Shown piece after piece: positions 55,809 to 60,137 of a stretch of DNA of 60,137 bases (position 1 is its first letter; every line of letters starts with the position of its first letter). Where the stretch lies: IMG/VR virus record IMGVR_UViG_3300010291_000001, positions 1-60,137 of that record. One strand, given 5' to 3'. The notes under the pieces were generated by a model that worked only from the letters and a program-made list of their open reading frames with translations, searched no databases and was not told the DNA's origin. The translations under genes were made by a program, and so were the position numbers. Source of the DNA: a virus (lineage: Duplodnaviria > Caudoviricetes).

Positions 55809-57335
55809 ATGGAAACAATGAAAACATGCAGCCAGGACTGGCTGGTAACAATCAACGGCATACAGGTGCCGGCGGTCAGCGCCACCGTCAGGTATGCCAT
55901 AAACAGCTTTTCGCAGTGCTCGTGCATGGTGCCGTACCATGAAGATTTGTTTAAGCTGCCCTATGGGTCGATCGTACGGGTGGAGGCGTGGCACGGCGGG
56001 ATATGTGGCGCTCTTTGGGAGGGTGTTATCAACGACATAAGCGCCTCGTCCGACACCGAGGGGGATATAGCCGCGATTTCAGCAGTAGACTTCTGGGGGT
56101 ATGCCGCTAACCTGGTTATGATACCGACCGAGATATATCTTAACCTCGGCCTAAAAGACATAGAGCGGCTCAGGCCCGCAGACGTGTGGGCCCGCTTTCA
56201 TAAGGCGCTAACCAAAACATATTTTCCGGGTGATAAAGGCGGATATAAACAGACAACGGTAACCGATCCGCCGGAACTCATACAACATCTTGAGCCGTAT
56301 TTCAAAAACAACATCAGGTTTTCCATCGCCGCCACCGCCGTATTCGAGGCTGTTTTTGGGAGCGGCAAGCTTTTAAATTCGCAGGTGCTCGCAGACAGCT
56401 TTATGCGCCAGAAAAACTTCTGGCAGGGCATAATGATGTTATCGGGCGCTTGCGGTTTTTGGGTATTGATCAACGATCTTGCTTTTGCGTGCACGCGTGA
56501 CAGCGATCAACGGGTGTATTCCGCAATCGATATTACAACGCCCGGATATAACTACTATGAGGGCAACGGGTTCGTTATAGACAGGGCTTTACGTCGTAAA
56601 AACATGCTGCCGTATACCAGGTATAGAATACCGCTGTCGTCTAAGTATGTTACGGGAAGCTGGGCCATTGGCCCGCACGTTCTGCCAGAAGAGACGCAAG
56701 ACGGCCTTATGGATATGCCAGATGCCGAGCGGTTTGGTTTCGATGTATGGGCCCCAAGCCCGGGCTCATCGTATCATTCAGCGTCGACAAAAGTAGAAAA
56801 AAGAATAGGAGTCAGGCCGTATCATATAGACGGAGTCCTGCCGCAGGCGGGGTCGCTAATCCAACATGACCAAATTTCTGATACAGGGTACATGCGGGGC
56901 GTCATGAGGGAGATAGCTCCATATGTGCGTTTGCTTGATGTCAATTTTTACCTGCAGAACACCGCAGCCAACACCATGACGTTTGATTACCTTTTTGCGC
57001 CCTATTCAAGGGTCGGCTACAAATGCACGTTGTATAAAACCAGCGAGAGCCAGGAGATAAGCTCTAAAAGCGTGCATGGCTTCGGCATAGTGTCCGGGGT
57101 CCAGCATAACCTGGGAGCGGTTATGTCCTCAACAATTTCCGTATCGAACTACGTACCATACTCTGACCGAAAAACCGCTGACAGCTGCGCGATAAAGGGC
57201 GGGCAGATCGGGGAGAGCGGCATAATTTTCACGCCGCTTTTCGATGATTTTTATCCGTTGCCGGCTTACGCGGAACGGGAGCAGCATTTAGTTGAATCTA
57301 TATTCAATTCCGTACGAAAGAGCATAAACCTATGA
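55809..57335 (+). CDS. Putative baseplate hub protein
   Basis: INGIQVP.VSATV...IN, LWEGVI, C-terminal G.V..VQH.L....STI. Confidence 0.55.
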   Translation: METMKTCSQDWLVTINGIQVPAVSATVRYAINSFSQCSCMVPYHEDLFKLPYGSIVRVEAWHGGICGALWEGVINDISASSDTEGDIAAISAVDFWGYAANLVMIPTEIYLNLGLKDIERLRPADVWARFHKALTKTYFPGDKGGYKQTTVTDPPELIQHLEPYFKNNIRFSIAATAVFEAVFGSGKLLNSQVLADSFMRQKNFWQGIMMLSGACGFWVLINDLAFACTRDSDQRVYSAIDITTPGYNYYEGNGFVIDRALRRKNMLPYTRYRIPLSSKYVTGSWAIGPHVLPEETQDGLMDMPDAERFGFDVWAPSPGSSYHSASTKVEKRIGVRPYHIDGVLPQAGSLIQHDQISDTGYMRGVMREIAPYVRLLDVNFYLQNTAANTMTFDYLFAPYSRVGYKCTLYKTSESQEISSKSVHGFGIVSGVQHNLGAVMSSTISVSNYVPYSDRKTADSCAIKGGQIGESGIIFTPLFDDFYPLPAYAEREQHLVESIFNSVRKSINL

Positions 57336-58045
57336 CCCGCCAACCGATAATACCGGCCACGCCGAGAGACCGCGAGGCGATTATCTCCGTGTTGAGGTAT
57401 CGCAAGAGCAAAGACATAAACGACCTTCAGCCCGCGCTGAGATATCTTGATCCGCTTATAAACCAGCGGGTCGGGCAGTTCAAGGGGGTTGAAATACCGG
57501 AATACGTGATGAAACAGACGGCAAGGGACCTTGTCGTCAAGGGCCTGGCCAAGTATGACCCGAGAAAAGCGTCACTGAACACACATGCGTATAACCAACT
57601 CAAGGGCCTGCGCAGGTTCGTTGTAAAACACCAGAACACGGCACGTGTTCCGGAGCACCGGGCCCTCCAGATAGGCGAATATAAAACCGCGTACGCCAAC
57701 CTGAAAGAGCAGCTCGAGCGCGACCCGTCCCCGGCGGAGGTCGCCGATTACCTGAGCTGGCCGACGACGAGAGTCGAGCAGATAATGACGGCCGACAGAA
57801 AGTCAAACATAATCCAGGACGATACCGGATCTTTCAGGCCGTATTACAACCCGATAGAAGACAAAGCTGATGTAGCCTATTACTCAATGGCGCCGCAGGA
57901 GCAGGTTATTTTTGACATGCTTACCGGCAACCACGGCTATAAAAAGCATTCCCTGAACGAGACCGCCCGTAAGATGGGCATGACGTACCAGCAGGTATAC
58001 AAGGTAAAACAGAAGATAGCCCGGCAACTGAAAGAACTCATGTAG
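57332..58045 (+). CDS. RNA polymerase sigma factor (group 3, FliA/SigF-like)
   Basis: YDP.KASLNTH....L..L.R, RVPE, L.R.PS.AEVADYL, region 4 LNETARKMGMTYQQVYK. Confidence 0.85.
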   Translation: MTRQPIIPATPRDREAIISVLRYRKSKDINDLQPALRYLDPLINQRVGQFKGVEIPEYVMKQTARDLVVKGLAKYDPRKASLNTHAYNQLKGLRRFVVKHQNTARVPEHRALQIGEYKTAYANLKEQLERDPSPAEVADYLSWPTTRVEQIMTADRKSNIIQDDTGSFRPYYNPIEDKADVAYYSMAPQEQVIFDMLTGNHGYKKHSLNETARKMGMTYQQVYKVKQKIARQLKELM

Positions 58046-58054
58046 GAGCACCTT

Positions 58055-59473
58055 ATGCCCGAAGCCATCGACACCGCCGCCCTGCTGAACCGGCTGCAAA
58101 ACTGCGCCGACGTAATCAGACACCACGCGGATGTTGCCGCAGAAACCCTGAACCAGGCAACCGACAGCAAGATCGGCACGACAATACAGGGGCAGACTCG
58201 GGGCGGCGCGCAGGAGGTGGTCGGCAGTGGGGGCGACGCCGCCGTACTGGCTCTCATGCTTACCCTTATGCCGGGCATGATGGAAGACGCGGTGGAGGCC
58301 GCTCTTCTTGGTATTGCGGACGAGATTGCGGAGCTTCAGGAAGAAGTTACAGGCTTGCGCGGAGAATATGCAGAGGCGAAAAAAAACATAGAGCGTATCA
58401 CGCAAACCGACAAAGACGAGCTGAACAGGGCCGGGCTTGGCAAGGCCGGCGAGTACACCAGAAGGGCACTTCTCCTGACGCTGAAAGCCGAGCGCTCCAT
58501 AAGAAAAGACAACAGGTACGACGGGAGCCTGATAGACGGGGCCGTCGGTTGGATGCGTAAAGCGGAAAACGAGCTCCAGCTCAAGGCGCCGTCGCTGTTC
58601 CTGAACACAATAAACAAGCTCTCCGACTTGCGCCAGAAGAATTACATTGTTTTGGGGAAGCTCCATAAGGCCCTTGACGATTTAAGCATGATAGCCCTGC
58701 CCCATCTATATAAGGTCGCGGCCAGCATCATGGACGCCACCCCGATACTGCTTCAAATCCTGCGCTCCGGCTCCAAAGAGCTTGACGCAGTACATAAATA
58801 TATGGTGGAAGAGATAGCCAAGGCAGCAACAAGGGTCCGCCCCGCCAGAAAACTGATCGCTCTGGGCAGAATCAGGAACACGGCGGATACCTTCGTTGAC
58901 GCGATACAGCGCTATTCGGATTATATTAACCCCGAGGCGGGCGGGTTCATGAAGCGTACCAAGGCCGGGTCCATGCTGTCCGTAGCGGTAGTGGAAATCG
59001 CAAAACGCTTTAATATAGACCCAAACATCGGCACAATACACCTAAACAAGGCAACCGCAATGCTCGGCTCAGCTCTCCACAAGACGCAGGTCAAGCTTAA
59101 TATTGTCACCGGCACGGCCATAAGCTTCCTGGACAAGATCGCAACGTCGTGCAATACGACCGTTAATATTATAAACGATTATGCGCCAACAGTTTCCAGG
59201 GGCATGGAGCTTCTTGGCAGGGTATTTAACAAAAACGAAGACGTTCCGGTGTTCGAAATGGCTTCAATGGTGCTTAGATTAAACAAATCCCTGCCAATGC
59301 TCGAGCCGCGGGCCCAGTTTGCCGCAGACATGCTTAAGTCGGCGTTCTCCAGAGACCAGTTACAGCGCATTAGGGGCTTCATGGGGCAGGGTTCTAACGA
59401 CATGAGTGACTACCTAGGAGGGAAGTCGTCATCCGCCATAAAGGGCGCTATTGCGCTGGTGAAGAGCAGGTAA
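58055..59473 (+). CDS. Helical hypothetical protein (putative virion)
   Basis: 472 aa, AGGAG RBS. Confidence 0.6.
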   Translation: MPEAIDTAALLNRLQNCADVIRHHADVAAETLNQATDSKIGTTIQGQTRGGAQEVVGSGGDAAVLALMLTLMPGMMEDAVEAALLGIADEIAELQEEVTGLRGEYAEAKKNIERITQTDKDELNRAGLGKAGEYTRRALLLTLKAERSIRKDNRYDGSLIDGAVGWMRKAENELQLKAPSLFLNTINKLSDLRQKNYIVLGKLHKALDDLSMIALPHLYKVAASIMDATPILLQILRSGSKELDAVHKYMVEEIAKAATRVRPARKLIALGRIRNTADTFVDAIQRYSDYINPEAGGFMKRTKAGSMLSVAVVEIAKRFNIDPNIGTIHLNKATAMLGSALHKTQVKLNIVTGTAISFLDKIATSCNTTVNIINDYAPTVSRGMELLGRVFNKNEDVPVFEMASMVLRLNKSLPMLEPRAQFAADMLKSAFSRDQLQRIRGFMGQGSNDMSDYLGGKSSSAIKGAIALVKSR

Positions 59474-59486
59474 CGGAGCTGAGGAG

Positions 59487-59496
59487 TTATAATTTT
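59487..59496 (+). promoter_or_regulatory. Class B (late) promoter motif
   Basis: TTATAATTTT before AGGAGG. Confidence 0.75.
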
Positions 59497-59513
59497 ATAT
59501 AGGAGGTTGTGCC

Positions 59514-59696
59514 GTGAGTAGAGCCGAACTAATAAATCAATTAAAAGAGATGAGAAACCGCCCCAAAGCCATGAAACTGCTTAAGCAGTGGATAGCCGGG
59601 CGCAGGCGCAGGGCACTGGTGGGTAAAATGATTGCCACAGGGCACCCCTATGCTGCGGGACAACTTGTAAGGCGCTGGACGCCGGGGATGGCATAA
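59514..59696 (+). CDS. Small cationic protein
   Basis: AGGAGG RBS, Arg/Lys-rich. Confidence 0.55.
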   Translation: MSRAELINQLKEMRNRPKAMKLLKQWIAGRRRRALVGKMIATGHPYAAGQLVRRWTPGMA

Positions 59697-60083
59697 ATGG
59701 CTGAAACCATAAAAAAGACGCCCAAAAAAGACAAGCCGGTCGAGATATACGACAAAAAGGGCATAATAAAAGACGTTCTGCCGGTTCTTGGCGGTGCTGT
59801 CGCCGGGGGCGGGATAGGCCGCGCTATAGGCCGGTTGGCCAGTGAGATAAAAACAACCGGCGCCATGCGCCAAAGGGCGCTTGGCCATCTGCTTCGGGAT
59901 TACTTTCGCGGCGCGGTTAGGGGTAAAAATCTCTACGCCATACGCAGCGCCATACGGAGCAGGCTCCAAGCTGTGAAGCCAACAAGCCGTGCTTATCGCG
60001 GCATAAGGGCGACGCTCGCAAAGCTCGGACTTATAGGGCATCCTGGTTCGATAAAGCAGATAACAGCGCGTATCGGGAAATAG
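59697..60083 (+). CDS. Glycine-zipper cationic protein
   Basis: LGGAVAGGGIGRAIG; C-terminal IKQITARIGK. Confidence 0.6.
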   Translation: MAETIKKTPKKDKPVEIYDKKGIIKDVLPVLGGAVAGGGIGRAIGRLASEIKTTGAMRQRALGHLLRDYFRGAVRGKNLYAIRSAIRSRLQAVKPTSRAYRGIRATLAKLGLIGHPGSIKQITARIGK

Positions 60084-60137
60084 CCAGACTATCGAAAAGG
60101 AAATAACGCAATGTCAAAGAAAGACAAAACTCCGGAC

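Overview
This window is a 60 kb segment of a large tailed dsDNA phage with a contractile tail, read in the standard genetic code. Minus-strand non-structural operons encode DnaB, a DnaC-like ATPase, a PD-(D/E)xK nuclease fused to a replisome-organiser domain, a MoxR/VWA pair, a Sak4-like protein, an HD nuclease, a stand-alone NrdD C-terminal domain, a sigma factor, a Ycf46-like AAA ATPase, Csx16 and two glycosyltransferases. The mostly plus-strand late modules encode terminase, an intein-containing prohead-protease-like protein, scaffold, decoration paralogs, major capsid, neck, sheath, tube, two tape-measure-like proteins, a baseplate hub and a second sigma factor. A complete tmRNA is present. 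The main observations are: (1) two promoter classes, TTATAATTTT (10 exact copies) and AAAAA-N10/11-GTGTYATAAA (4 copies plus a variant), with two phage sigmas in a possibly reciprocal circuit; (2) about 15 translationally coupled small orphan ORFs that all start M-Y or M-F; (3) a tmRNA with a short basic tag and four GAAAGA-loop hairpins, followed by a separate candidate ncRNA; (4) a set of cationic Gly/Ala-rich late peptides and pervasive K-x-A motifs; (5) an SNF2 helicase fused to a LigD phosphoesterase domain; (6) a phage Csx16 ring-nuclease homologue. All calls come from reading motifs by eye; no database searches were run. No portal gene was recognised in this window.
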